Source: Octopus sinensis (taxonomy: Eukaryota). From it: DNA of 64,000 nucleotides. Position 1 is the first letter of the stretch; every line of letters begins with the position of its first letter. Below are positions 23,985 through 36,648 of the stretch, in pieces. The notes beneath the pieces are model-generated. The model searched no databases and was not told the DNA's origin. It saw only the letters and a list, made by a program, of their open reading frames with translations. The stretch lies in assembly GCF_006345805.1 (NCBI RefSeq), contig NC_042998.1, forward strand, positions 7,254,001-7,318,000, read 5' to 3'. The position numbers and the translations under genes are program-made.

Positions 23985-25396
23985 TATCATCATCATCATC
24001 ATCATCATCATCATTTAACATCCACCTTCCTTTACTGACATCGGCTGGATGGTTTGACAGGAGCCAGCCGGACAGAAGACTACACCAGGCTTTTGTGTCT
24101 GTTTTGGCACTTTTGACAAGTTGTGGTGCACCTGAGCACTGTATACAATAATTTCATTATTATTATTTTAATAATTGGAAACAAATTCATAACACTTTGA
24201 CCATAAACCCCGAATCTCCTTCATTCAGGGTTTGCTATAATCGATTATTGATTACAAGTAACCGTTACATACAGTATTGTAGCTTTATATGTAATTCATC
24301 TGTTCATGGCAGGAATGTGTGTGTTAAAGAAGTTCTCTTCATAATCAAACAAATGGTTTTCTTATTGATCTGACAACCATGGCATCAAGGGCAAGAGTCT
24401 TTTGAGAATGTGTTGTGAATGGCATTTGGTGGATAGATCAGCCAGTGCCTTGTGAATGACATTTGGCAGATGGAAATTTACAGAAGCATGTCGTATGTCT
24501 GTGTGCGTATGAATGTAAGTGATTGTGTATGTGCGTGTGTAAGTGATTGTGTGTGTATGTGTATGTGAGTTTATAATAATAATAATAAAACATTGTGTAC
24601 AGTGCTCAGGTGCACTACAACTCATCTAAAGTGTATGTATAGTACATAGGGTAATGTACAAGCGTCAGGAAAAGAACAGTGCATGAGTCATGACATACAC
24701 ATATGTGTATGAGTATGGAAGGGGGACAATCAGGTGTAGTTTCGGCGGATTTCAGAAAGCATGAGGGCTAGTATAAGTCCAAGTTAGGATTCATCCTTTT
24801 TACTAAAATCACAACGTGAGAATTCGATAAGTAAGAAGCGTTAAAATAATTCCGACGCTGAAATAAGTCCTGGGATTGTTACGCTCGACTAAACCATTGA
24901 AGGAGGTACCCTTGCAAAGCTACTTTCCCATGAACGAAAGAATACTTTTGTTTACAAATGTAAAAAGAGGTGTGTGTGTGTGTGTAGTTCCAGCATTTCT
25001 GGACTGAAAACATTATTGTAACTTGATCGGAAAACAACAACAAAATATTTTAAAATCGAAATACGAGAAAAAAAATCATTTTCAAGGGAAATAACTTCTA
25101 CTTTTATTGATTAGAGTAATTTCCCTTGCCTACTATATTTTCTGATGCACTTTCTTTTCTTCTCATATTTTTTTGAATCTGGTTTTTTCGTGTTGCTGGA
25201 CCTACATGCTTCTTTCAGATATTCATAATTCTGAGCCTGTATTTTATTTTACAAAGGAATAATTTAAAAACTTTATTAATATAACTAAATACCAATAAAC
25301 GAAATCAATCGCTATTTTTTGTGTGTTCAGATCTTAAATAACTACAACAATAACAATAATAATAATTCTTACTACCTTATGCCTCTAATAGAAAGG

Positions 25397-25437
<41 letters not shown>

Positions 25438-25636
25438 GAAGGTAGTGAGCTGGCAGTATTATTAGCACACTGGAAAAGAGTGTTTAATAGAACTTCTTCC
25501 AGCTCTTCACGTTTTCAGTTCAATTGCTACTGAAGTTAACTCTGCCTTTCATTTGACAGAGTAATTTAAATGCTAAAGAGTTAAAAACAGATATAGCACC
25601 CCTGGTACTTTTGTCAAGCCCCAAATCCTTTTGATA

Positions 25637-26036
25637 TCTTTATATATAAAAGAGAGGTTGTGTGCTGTCTGTCTCCTACGATTTAGATTCCTAACTACTC
25701 CCACATTTTGTGGTGCAGTTTAACCAAAACCGGGTATCTTATAGTCGTGATTCATATCGAGCCCTTCTGGGTAGTAGCGCGCGTCTACGATGAGTCTACG
25801 ATTTTAAAAAAAATTTACCATCATTTTTTTCCATTTTAATGCATTTTTTCGCTATTATATAAGGGAAGTAACTCTCTAAAAATGTCTACGATGAGTCAAC
25901 GATTTAAAAAAAAATTTACCATCATTTGTTTTCCATTTTTAATGCATTTCTTTGGTATTATATAAGGGAAGTAACTCTCTAAAAATGCTTATATAGTTAT
26001 TTCCCTTACAAACCCGAGCAACGCCGGTACTGCTAG
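25637..26036 (+). mobile_element. Non-autonomous Helitron with internal ~100-bp duplication
   Basis: A|TC start, cccgagcaacgccgg hairpin and CTAG|T end. The gtctacgatgagtc...taactctctaaaaatg block occurs twice. Confidence 0.85.
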
Positions 26037-26265
26037 TCATCACTAAATTGACAATAGTTTAAACAGATATGAGCCACATTTATTAAGAAGCAGGTTGCAT
26101 GAGACACGGATCACCATCATGAGGTAATTTTTCATAAGGCCTGCTTTTTAGAAAGTCCCACAGCAGGCTGCATGCAGCCACAAATTGCAGTTTGTGTGTG
26201 ACTAGTTTCAAACTTATTTAAAGCATTCTTGTAACTTCTGTTTTCTTCTTTGTTGTTTCTTCCAG

Positions 26266-26345
26266 CGAAACTTTATTGTTCTTACACCAAATCTTCTTAA
26301 AAGGATTATCAGCAAGGTTAGAAAATTGGCCAACATTAGTATTAG
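26266..26345 (+). CDS. RasGRF: RasGRF-family GEF, internal exon (DH domain)
   Basis: Polypyrimidine tract ending tcttccag, donor G|gtaagt. Translates (S)ETLLFLHQIFLKGLSARLENWPTLVL(G), matching vertebrate RasGRF1 [27 protein letters not shown] as recalled. 80 nt, phase 2 to phase 1. Confidence 0.93.
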
Positions 26346-26485
26346 GTAAGTTAAATTTTTTATCTTTTAAAGTAACCAAAATATATTGTTTGCTTTTATG
26401 ACGATTCCACTTTTTCAGGAGACACTTGACCTACAAAAAAGAAAGTGTTCAACATCATCAGAAAGTGTTTGTGCGTGTATGTTGA

Positions 26486-26766
26486 GTGTATATAAATATA
26501 TATATACATACATATGTATATATATATATTTATATATGTATATATATATGTGTGTGTATATATATATATATGTGTGTATATATATATATATTTTTATATT
26601 TATATATGTGTGTGTATGTATGTATATATATATGTATATATAAATATATATATACATATATAGATTTATATATATATATGTGTGTATGTATATATATATA
26701 TATATATGTATGTATATATATATGTATATATATATATGTATGTATATATGTATATATATATGTATG

Positions 26767-26797
<31 letters not shown>

Positions 26798-26814
26798 ATA
26801 TGTATATATATATG

Positions 26815-26859
<45 letters not shown>

Positions 26860-26898
26860 ATATATGTATGTATATATGTATGTATATATGTATATATG

Positions 26899-26940
<42 letters not shown>

Positions 26941-26942
26941 TA
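26486..26942. repeat. (TA)n/(TATG)n microsatellite
   Basis: Directly visible. Similar tracts at 7700-7930, 27807-27960, 47900-48240, 53600-54290 and 60690-60975. Confidence 0.98.
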
Positions 26943-27377
26943 AAGTTACTAGTCTTTTTATGATGCTTCATTCATTTCAAATTGCCATCCACATGTGGTA
27001 ATATCATTAATATTGTGTTTTGTCTCAATTTTAATTTTAACGGGATTTCACAGTGGGAATTTATTTATTTGTATATTAATGGATGTAGAGGCACGTGGCC
27101 CAGGGGTTACAGTGTTCGTACTCAGGATCATAAGATTGGGGTTTCTGAGAATTGAGCCTATGAACTTGCAATTATGAGTGCAACACCCTAACCATTAGCC
27201 TATACACCTTCACACACACACACACGTTAGACTGTTCTTTTCTTCTGAAGATGGGCCTTTGTACCTGAAATATAAAGGTTTTATTAAACTTTCCACTTTG
27301 TCAGAAGCTGCCTATTTTCTCTCTTTTTATATTCTTCTATATCACAATATTACAAAGCTTCGAGCAAACTACAACGC

Positions 27378-27431
<54 letters not shown>

Positions 27432-27434
<3 letters not shown>

Positions 27435-27802
27435 GACTCATTATCGCCATGGGCTCCTTGAGAGCAGTCAGCTAAAAGTTTTTTGTGCATTTTGATGTCA
27501 ACATAAGTTCCTTGCCTTTCCTGATGAGAAATCTGCATAATGTACTCCTTATTCCTTCGGAATTAGGAATATGCAGCCTTCGAAACATATGTCGAGAATA
27601 AAGGATATTTGTTAACTAGTCGTTCAACTCCATTCTTTCATATACTTATAATTTTAAAATAAACATACAAATTTCCGCACGAAAGCACGTAGTCTATGCC
27701 CTAGGGACGTAACTTAAACCATGTTCTTTCTGATGTGAATTTGCTACCCAGGTATCGGTTATCTTTCGAATTATCCTTAATAAGATAATTCATTCAACTA
27801 CT

Positions 27803-27807
<5 letters not shown>
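27432..27807 (+). mobile_element. (TA)n-embedded ~375-bp insert carrying a hammerhead motif (Penelope pseudo-LTR or retrozyme-like)
   Basis: Bounded by pure (TA)n on both sides and contains the hammerhead at 27510-27604. Its 3' part (gtgaatttgctacccaggtatcggtta...aagataattcat) resembles 18395-18475. Confidence 0.55.
27510..27604 (+). ncRNA. Minimal type I hammerhead ribozyme
   Basis: cctt-gcc-tttc CTGATGA (27521-27527), stem II gaa/ttc plus ctgcata/tatgcag plus a terminal hairpin, GAAA (27582-27585) C-ATAT-G TC, then gaga-ata-aagg closing stem I. Predicted cleavage after GUC at 27593. Confidence 0.75.
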
Positions 27808-27860
<53 letters not shown>

Positions 27861-27902
27861 CACATGTGTGTGTGCATTAGTGTATGTGTGTGTGTGAGCA
27901 TG

Positions 27903-27942
<40 letters not shown>

Positions 27943-28159
27943 TATATATGTGTTTGTGTGTATATGATATAGATATAGATGTAGTTATACACGTTTCTAT
28001 CTATATATATATGTACATACGTATACACATATATAAAAGTATCCACTTGCATATGTATATCTATCTATCAATTAATCAAATAAGCAACAAACGTGTTATC
28101 TCCAATGTTCACAATGTCTGTCTGTTTAATTTATAAATGATTCTGTTCTATCATTTCAG

Positions 28160-28353
28160 GTGATCTTTTTGACATCCTTTTACCTATGTTATGTATCTAT
28201 CAGGAGTATGTTAGGAACCATCATTACAGTTTACAAGTTTTAGCAGAATATAAACAAAAACCAGACTTTAACAATTTACTTAAACGCTATGAAGAAAAAC
28301 CATTATGTGAGGGGAGAAGCGTCGAAATATTCCTCACACATCCTATGCATCAG
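28160..28353 (+). CDS. RasGRF: RasGRF-family GEF, internal exon (DH domain)
   Basis: Acceptor catttcag, donor CAG|gttaac. Translates (G)[64 protein letters not shown], in frame with the previous exon; the [18 protein letters not shown] motif is characteristic of RasGRF. Confidence 0.95.
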
Positions 28354-28398
28354 GTTAACAATTTTTATATATATTGCTTTCTCATTTATTCTGCCAAA

Positions 28399-29130
28399 CC
28401 CTTTAGCATTTAAACCAGCCATATCCGGCTCACATATTCTACCAATTTTATTTTCTAACTGGCCAGATCCAGCCTCTCACACCCATCCTACAAGGTCACT
28501 CTACAAGTAAAGAAATACATCTTCAAAATTTGGAAACTATGAGATAATGCATGATTAATTCAAAACAATGTGAATAAATAAGCATTACCGTAAATCCTCG
28601 AGGATAATCCGCATTTTTTCCCCAAAATTTAAAGGTCAAGATCCCTAGTGCATACTATATACGAGGTTAAAAATGAAAAATATTTTCTAAGCAATGTCCG
28701 AGTCTCTATTTGCTGTCCGGCAATGTTTATTCAGATGCATTTTGTGATGTCAGGTGTGAAAATACCTCAAGCTAAGCCTGAAAGCAATGAAGTCATAAAA
28801 GAATCATCCATAACTTGCAGTAAGCAACATTTATTAAATGTTATTACTGTTATTTCTTTATTTTCTGCATACAAAATACACAAAAAAGCTACACGTTTGC
28901 ATTGTTATATATACAGTAATAATAAAGGACATTATCATATACATTTTTACAAACCAAGGATGTTATAATAATCTCCTTGACTCAAGTTAGAGAAGGGGTG
29001 CGTATTATACTCAAGGTTTAGGTTTTTCAGAGGTACAGCCCCCTAAAAATCCCCTGCATATTATACTCAAGTGCGGACTATACTCGAGGATTTACAGTAC
29101 ATTTCACAGAGTAATCTGAATGCTAAAGGG
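28399..29130. mobile_element. piggyBac-like MITE interrupted by a Tc2-like MITE
   Basis: CCCTTTAGCATT ... AATGCTAAAGGG|TTAA; the left TTAA is mutated. Same family as 9136-9637, in opposite orientation. Confidence 0.7.
28588..29097. mobile_element. Tc1/mariner-superfamily (Tc2-like) MITE
   Basis: TA|CCGTAAATCCTCGAGGATAATCCGCA ... TGCGGACTATACTCGAGGATTTACAG|TA, with internal repeats of the tattatactc motif. Confidence 0.85.
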
Positions 29131-29185
29131 TTAAATATGTTGATTTTTTATATTCATTTCTGCTTATTTATATATATATATATGA

Positions 29186-30214
29186 CTAGCACTATGACCC
29201 GGCGTTGCCAGGTCTAGTGCTAGTCAAGTATATTTGGTCTTTCATGAAAATCCCGCTCTCTTGTCATCCACTTGGTCTAACTCGTTGATTATTCCCTGCA
29301 TTTCTCAAATCAAAAAAGACTGCACGTTTGAAAGCCAAAGAGGTGTGATACATAACAAAGGGAGGGAAATGCAGAGTTTTAAAGAGTTATTTCCCTTGCT
29401 ATGGTTTAATATTTTTACGTCCCTTGTATTGAAGACTTTTGTTACCTGAAACATAAGGGGTCGGTTTATCGATTTTTTTTTTAATGGCTTTCATGGGTAA
29501 CTGGGGAAATGAAAAGATCTTCACAACCACCCTGGACGGTTTTTAGTTAGTTAATTTTTGACTCAAAAAGCAAAAAGCAAGGCCATGTAGGGGGACATGG
29601 AGTTATGTACAGGGTGGTGTTCATGTAAAGAGTTCAGGCCACTTGTGGTCAAGGGAGACTTTGAACCGAGCGGTCGTCGGCATCTTCACCATCTCGTCCG
29701 GCAGCTTATTCCACGGATCCGCAACCTGGACGGAGAAAGCCCCTCTCCTTCGATTGAGATGAAATCGTCGCAGATAGAGCTTTTCGGAGTGACCCCGCAG
29801 CCGACGCTCTGGAGCAGGGGTGAAGAACAACTCTTTCGAGAGGTTACACTTTCTGCTTATGATGTTGTGAGCAAGAATGAGATCACCACGGCGTTGTCGT
29901 TTTTCTAGAGAATAAAGGTCAAGCATCTTCAGCCTTTCTTCATAAGACAAATTATTGAGACCAAGAACCATGTGGGTAGCCAGCTTCTGGACTCTTTCGA
30001 GATGCTGTATGTCTTTGAGGAGATAAGGTGAAGAGGCTTGAATCCTGTACTCCAATATGGGTCTCACCAGCGTGACATAGAGCGGTAGGAATATGGCTGC
30101 TGTGAGCATTCTGAATGACCATAGAAAGTGCAAGCCCTCTAACCGAAAAGTTGTGGATTTGTATAAAGGATACACACACACAGACAGACATTTTGCTGTT
30201 TATATATAGAGAGA
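29186..30214 (-). mobile_element. Non-autonomous Helitron (second family) split by a CR1 insertion
   Basis: Minus strand A|TCtctctatatataaa at 30214, hairpin cctggcaacgccggg and CTAG|T at 29186. Confidence 0.7.
29543..30115 (-). mobile_element. CR1-clade LINE 3' fragment (ORF2 C-terminus)
   Basis: LPLYVTLVRPILEY..LERVQKLAT..LSYEERLKMLDLYSLEKRQRRGDLI..LRGH..WNKLP is a typical CR1 ORF2 end, followed by a (CTAA)n tail. Confidence 0.9.
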
Positions 30215-30738
30215 TATAGAAACAAGCATACTCTTCAGGTTTATATAGTTGAACATAAATATAGCTAATGGTCATTAAATCTTAGGATTCAGATTTTATT
30301 AACATTACGTTATTTGTTTTCTTTGTTTTAACAACTGTGTCCCAAACGATGCTTGGAGTCATTATAGTGTAAGTGGACTACAAACAAAGAAACGATGTGG
30401 GCCTACAAATTCAATAGATGTCAAAAGCTTAAAGGACTGAATATTATATAGACCAGAGGAATACAAGAAGATGGTAAGAAATTCTAGAGAATAGGAGTAG
30501 AAAGAAAGAAACTATTAGAATATAAGAACTTATGACTAACAGGAAGCACAAGAGAAAAGTGATGTTCCTCGGGAGAGAAGTAGGGGACATGTTTAAAGAT
30601 CATGACAGAGGGCAGTAGGCTGGAAAGTTCATCAAAGCAATGACTATGGAATTACTTATTAAAAAAAGACAACAAAGAAGCATTTCAATGATGGACTAAA
30701 GACTGCATCTTAGTTTAGTATTATGTCATCATTGTTGC

Positions 30739-31137
30739 TTACTCTTTTACTCTTTTACTTGTTTCAGTCATTTGACTGCGGCCATGCTGGAGCACCGCCT
30801 TTAGTCGAACAAATCGACCCCGGGACTTATTCTTTTGTAAGCCCAGTACTTATGTTATTGGTCTCTTTTGCCGAACCGCTAAGTGACGGGAACGTAAACA
30901 CACCAGCATCGGTTGTCAGGCAATGCTAGGGGGACAAACACAGACACACACATATATATATATACATATATACGACAGGCTTCTTTCAGTTTCCGTCTAC
31001 CAAATCCACTCACAAGGCATTGGTCGGCCCAGGGCTATAGCAGAAGACACTTGCCCAAGATGCTACGCAGTGGGACTGAACCCAGAACCATGTGGCTGGT
31101 TAGCAAGCTACTTACCACACAGCCACTCCTGCGCCTA
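30739..31137 (-). mobile_element. SINE family B
   Basis: Full-length copy. Further copies at 40335-40728 (-), 50346-50748 (-), 51236-51680 (+) and 60497-61140 (-). Confidence 0.88.
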
Positions 31138-31189
31138 GAATAATAATAATAATAATTATTGTATAATAATAATAATGTAAATAATAATG

Positions 31190-31580
31190 GCTGACGATAT
31201 GTACATCTCTGATCATAAGCAGAAGTAGTGGGGGAGCATCATAGCCGTGTGCTGAGAGGGATTCTTTGGGGTTTGAATAATTCACCCCTGGAAACATGGG
31301 TGTTACGTTCAAATTCCTTAAACCACCCTTATTCAGGGACCTTCTGAGTGGGATGGGCTACTCGACCAGAAGAAAATTCTAACTGGGCCCCACCTGCAAG
31401 GACATGCGCTGTTTATTTTGATATGAGATCACCATGTCGTGTGCATATGGTTGTGATGCATGTGCCTGGTGTACCCTTATCAGACGGGTAGTCATGATGG
31501 GTATACTGGGCTTCGTATATTTTACCCCAGTGTCACTTTGATGGCATGCACTGCTCTCTCACTCAATAATAATAATAATA
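31190..31580 (+). mobile_element. Unclassified retroposon 3' end with (AAT)n tail
   Basis: The last ~120 bp recur almost identically at 44371-44545, followed by (AAT)n, as expected for 5'-truncated retrocopies. Confidence 0.6.
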
Positions 31581-32324
31581 ATAATAATGAAATTATTGTA
31601 TACAGTGCTCAGGTGTACCACAACTTGTCAAAAGTGCATATAAAGCATATGCAGTAATGTACAAATGTCTGGGAATTGAACAGTGTATGAGTCAGATACA
31701 TGCTTGCATGTGTATGGAGGGGAGAAAATCAGGTGTAGTGTTGGCGAATCTCAGGAAGCATGGAAGTTTTGAAGGAGGCAGTGCTCCGACAACTAACAAC
31801 TGATGCCGGCAGTTTGTTCCATGCTTCAGCAACTCTTCATTTGCATCAGTAGAAAATAGATACTTCTACTTTAAAACATGAAAAATAGATACTTAAATGG
31901 TTAAATTATGAAGTAGTTAGCATCAGATTGGTAAAATGTAAATCAATGAAATCCATTCTGTGTTTCGGAAGTTAGAAATCAGTAGCTTGAAGTGGCAAAT
32001 GAAATAAAACACACCCATCTAACACCCGTTGACATATTTACAAAGTCAGAAAACCGCACAGCTCCCATGACTTCAGGAAACATTTTTTCATGTTGAGAGT
32101 TGCTGAAGTATGGAACAAACTGCCGGCATTGGTTGTTAGTTGTCGGAGCACTGCATTCTTCAAAACTTCCATGCTTTCTGAGATTCGCCAACACTACACC
32201 TGATTTTCTCTCCTCCATACACACGCAAGCATGTACCTGACTCATGCATTTGTACATTACTGCATATACTCTGATAAGTTGTGGTGCACCTGAGCATTGT
32301 ATACAATAATTTCATTATTATAAT

Positions 32325-32945
32325 ATTGGTTTCAAATTTTGGCTCAAGGCCAGAAAGTTTGGGTTCGTGGGGTAAGTTGATTACATCAACCCCAGGGCTC
32401 AACTTATTTTATTGACCCTGAAAGGATGAAAAGCAAAGTGAACCCCAGTGGAATTTGAACTCAGGACATTAGAGATGGACGAAGTACCTATTTCTTTATT
32501 ACCCACAAGGGGCTAAACACAGAGGGGACAAACAAGGACATAGGTATTAAGGCGATTACATCGACCCCAGTGCGTAACTGGTACTTAATTTATCGACCCC
32601 GAAAGGATGAAAGGCAAAGTCGACCTCGGTGGAATTTGAACTCACAATGTAACGGCAGATGAAATACCTATTTCTTTATTACCCACAAGGGGCTAAACAT
32701 AGAGGGGACAAACAAGGACAGACATAGGTATTAAGTTGATTACATCGACCCCAGTGCGTAACTGGTATTTAATTTATCGACCTCGATAGGATGAAAAGCA
32801 AAGTCGACCTCGGCGGAATTTGAACTCACAACGTAACGGCAGACGAAATACCGCTAAGCATTTCGCTCGGCATGCTAACGTTTCTGCCAACTCACCACTA
32901 AGCATTTTACTCAGTATGCTTGCAATTCTACCAGCTTGCTGCTTT
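32325..32945 (-). mobile_element. Tandem cluster of SINE family C
   Basis: Head near 32900 followed by repeated body and tail units joined at aaagaaataggtatttc. The same architecture occurs at 42628-43045. Confidence 0.8.
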
Positions 32946-33470
32946 ACTTTAAATACATAATACCATTCCTAGATTCTATACAAGATATGTGACAAAACAT
33001 TCACAAGGAAAACTTTGAGTTTAAGAAAACCAACCAACAAACATCAGTACAGTAAAATGATCACATTTTAACTGTCTAACTGTAATAGCTGCTGTTATGG
33101 TACTTATATCCTATCATACAAAATATGATAGATTTCATGGTATTTATGTACTATCAGACAAAACGTAGGCTGTATTAAATATGATAGAATTTATGGCCCT
33201 CACAAATTATTGTACAAAACTTCACCGCATCAAATGTTAAAGTTTTCATGACATACTATCATACAAAACTTTGCTCTGTCAGCTTTGATAATTTTTATAG
33301 TACTTATGCTATCATTAAAAAAAAGCTCACTTAACTGTAATTGTTGTAATGACATTAAGTGTATTTTAATACAATAACTACTTAAATTGAGATTTTGATT
33401 TGTTTGCAAAACACTGTTACAGTTTCGGAAAAAATCAACAGCCTTTACTTGACAACTTTAAAAGATCTTA

Positions 33471-34307
33471 AAAAGTGAATTATATTTTCGCAGCAATTTT
33501 TTTGGGGGATCTTTTCGGTTTGAATGGCAGTTTTTTCTAGCGGTGTCTATGAAATTATCACCCTTAAATATGACCCTAGTATCGATCTATTGCATTTCAA
33601 TCTGTTTTAGGGTTAGGGTTAGAGTTAGGGTTAGTTAGGGTTAGGGTTAAGGGTGGGGGGAAGAGTATCTTTTTTACTTCAGAAATGTAAATAAACCCAA
33701 TCTGTTTCTTAAACGAGGGACATATTCATACGGTACAGAATGTTTTCACCTCAATAGACGTCATTGATTGGTTGAAATTGCAGAAATTGAAGAAAAAAAA
33801 CAACAAATATCTTACAAACTATACAATTTTCTCAATAAAGCCAAGAAAAAAAGTGAATTATATTTTCGCAGCAATTTTTTGGGGGATCTTTTCGGTTTGA
33901 ACGGCAGTTTTCTTTAGCGGTGTCATATGAAATTATCACCCATAATTATGATCCTAGTATCGATCTATTGCATTTCAATCTGTTTTAGGGTTAGGGTTAG
34001 AGTTAGGGTTAGGGGAAGGGTATCTTTTTTTCTTCAGAAATGTAAATAAACCCAATCTGTTTTTTAAACGAGGGACATATTCATATGGCACAGAATGTTT
34101 TCACCTCGATAGACGTCATTGATTGGTTTAAATTGCAGAAATTGAAGAAAAAAAACAACAAATATCTTACAAACTATAGAATTTTCTCAATAAAGCCAAG
34201 AGAGAAAAAGATGTTTTATAAACACATTCTACCAGTATACGAAGTTTAAAAGTGTTTAGTTACGTGGAAATTATTTTAAAAAACTGCCGGTCAAACTGAA
34301 AAGATCC
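33471..34307. mobile_element. TIR MITE with internal (TTAGGG)n, preceded by a 377-bp tandem duplicate
   Basis: TIR GGATCTTTTCGGTTTGAACGGCAGTTT (33884) / AAACTGCCGGTCAAACTGAAAAGATCC (to 34307). 33471-33847 duplicates the left flank and left part of the element. Confidence 0.8.
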
Positions 34308-34980
34308 TTTTTTTTTTGTATGAAATTAACACATCTGACTAGTGTACTTGGTTATCCCAAGATAACATGAAGCTTGGCACCACATTTTACACCACACCGT
34401 TTTACGATTGAAATCTGGTGTGCAATGAATTCTAGCCTGTCATATATATGTAAATATGTGAACCACTTTAAAAGGTGATGTCATGTTGCAAATCCTCTAC
34501 AGAGGATTGGTTTTATCTAGAGATATTGATTTTAAAAGAAACCATTCCTATATTTCGCAGAAACTCTTTTAGTAGATTGCATTCATATTCAAGGGACACA
34601 ACTCATATATTAAAGGGAAATAACTTATTGTTTCAAATGTTCGCATAAGGCTAGAGATTTGTGGGTAATGAGTAAGGCCCAACTGGTATTTATTATATCG
34701 ATCCTGAAAGGATGAAAGGTAAAGTCGACCTTGATGGGATTTGAACTCAGAATGTAAAGACAGACGAAATGTTGCTAAGCATTTTGTCCGGCATGCTAAC
34801 GATTGCTCCAGCTCACTGTGTTAAAAACAACTTCAAATTATGACTTTGAATTATGCAGATGGAAATGCATGCGACTCATAGATTTCAACGGCAGATTCGC
34901 ACCCCGTGCCGATGGCAAGACCACGTGCTGATGGCACGTAAAAAGAACCATCCGAACGTGGTCGATGGAAGGGCATCCAC

Positions 34981-36532
34981 CTTCAAAATAAGCGCAACTA
35001 TGCCTCCCCTGGTCTCGATGGAGTTACATACCTGCTTCTCAAACGTGGCAGGCACTTCCTTTTACACCAGCTTTCTATTTTCTTCCAGTACTGTCTCAAC
35101 AATGGTGCTACTCCAGAGCAGTGGAAAACTGCCAGTGTCATTCCTCTGTTCAAAAAGGGTGACCGCACTTCACCTGTCAACTATCGCCCAGTCAGTCTCA
35201 CTAGCTGTATTGCAAAACTGATGGAATCATGTGTCAGAGAAACACTCTGGAACTTCTGGAGCTCTCACAGTCTCATCCGACCCTCACAATATGGATTTGT
35301 CCCTAACTCCAGCTGCAGTGACCAGCTTGTCGAGTTCCTTGAGGACATTACTCAGATCACTGACAGTGGCTCATGGGTGGATGTTGTCTACCTTGACTTT
35401 GCTAAGGCTTTCAACTCTGTGCCACACAAAAGGCTTATGGTGAAACTCTCTGCAATGGGTGTGGGGGATGACCTTTTTAACTGGTTGAAATCCTTCATCC
35501 TCAGCCGAAAGGAGGTAGTCACAGTTCTAGGACAGCATTCTACACCATATGAGATGTCATCGGGTGTACCACAGGGATCTGTCCTTGGTCCCCTCCTGTT
35601 TGTGGCATACATTAATGACATAGATGCCAATTTAAAGAATGCCACAGTATTGAAATATGCAGACGACATCAAGCTGTACCTTGAAATCAAGAGGACTGAT
35701 CCTGATGTCTACAACTCTTTCCTGCAATCAGACCTAGACACAATGCAGCAATGGATCACAGACTGGCAACTGAAACTGGCTGTGGACAAGTGTACCATCA
35801 TGCATTTTGGGAGAAAAAACCCTGCGTCCACATACTCCCTCCACAACACTGATATCAAGAAATCCTCTTGCGAGCGTGACCTAGGCATCACTGTCAGCAG
35901 TGATTTGCGTTGGACAAAGCATATCTCTAAAATTGTCAAGAAGGCCGAGGGTGTCTTGGCATCACTCAGCAAGACTTTTGTTAGCCGCTCTCCAGCCATC
36001 TATTTAAAACTGTATACAGCTATGGTACGACCACACTTGGAATTCGCATCATCAGTTTGGAATCCCTATCTTGCTCAGAACATTGACCTGGAATCTGTCC
36101 AGAGACGTACAACCAAACGCATACCCTCCATCAGACACCTACCATATTCTGAGCGTCTTGTTTCCCTGGGCATGGATTCACTGAAGCTCCGGCATCTGGC
36201 GACAGACTTGGTAAACACCCACAAGGTTATCAACCACCTCACCAACAACAACACTGAACACCTTTTTGATCTCCATGTGTCTAACACACGTGGACATGCC
36301 TACAAAGTCAGAAAACAACACAGCTCCCATGACTTTCGGAAACATTTTTTCACGCTCAGAGTTGCTGAAGCATGGAATAAACTGCCTGCGTCAGTTGTTG
36401 ACTGCCATGACACTGCATCCTTTAAGGCCCTCATGCTTTCCGAAATCCGCAGAAACTACACCTGATTATATATACACTTTAGATGAGTTGTAGTGCACCT
36501 GAGCACTGTACACAATTATTATTATTATTATT
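34981..36532 (+). mobile_element. 5'-truncated CR1-clade LINE with an uninterrupted RT reading frame (34981-36465)
   Basis: Open frame SPGLDG..WKTASVIPLFKKG..NYRPVSLTSCIAKLME..QYGF..YLDFAKAFNSVPH..GVPQGSVLGPLLF..YADD..VRPHLEF..WNP..TRGH..WNKLP, then a short 3' UTR and (ATT)n tail. Confidence 0.95.
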
Positions 36533-36648
36533 ATAGAAACCTTGCTAATTCAGATTGCAGCCTGTTGCAGCCCCCTGGCTTGTCAGTTCCCAGTCAAACC
36601 GTCCAACCTATGCCAGCATGGAAAACGGACGTTAAACGATGATAATGA

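Noticed and set aside
27235-27310. CTGAAGA..GAAA motif upstream of the main hammerhead
   Set aside because: Stem II is weak and there is no coherent stem I or stem III around a cleavage triplet.
33607-34012. Telomere or chromosome-fusion relic
   Set aside because: The runs are short, imperfect and contained within a TIR element.
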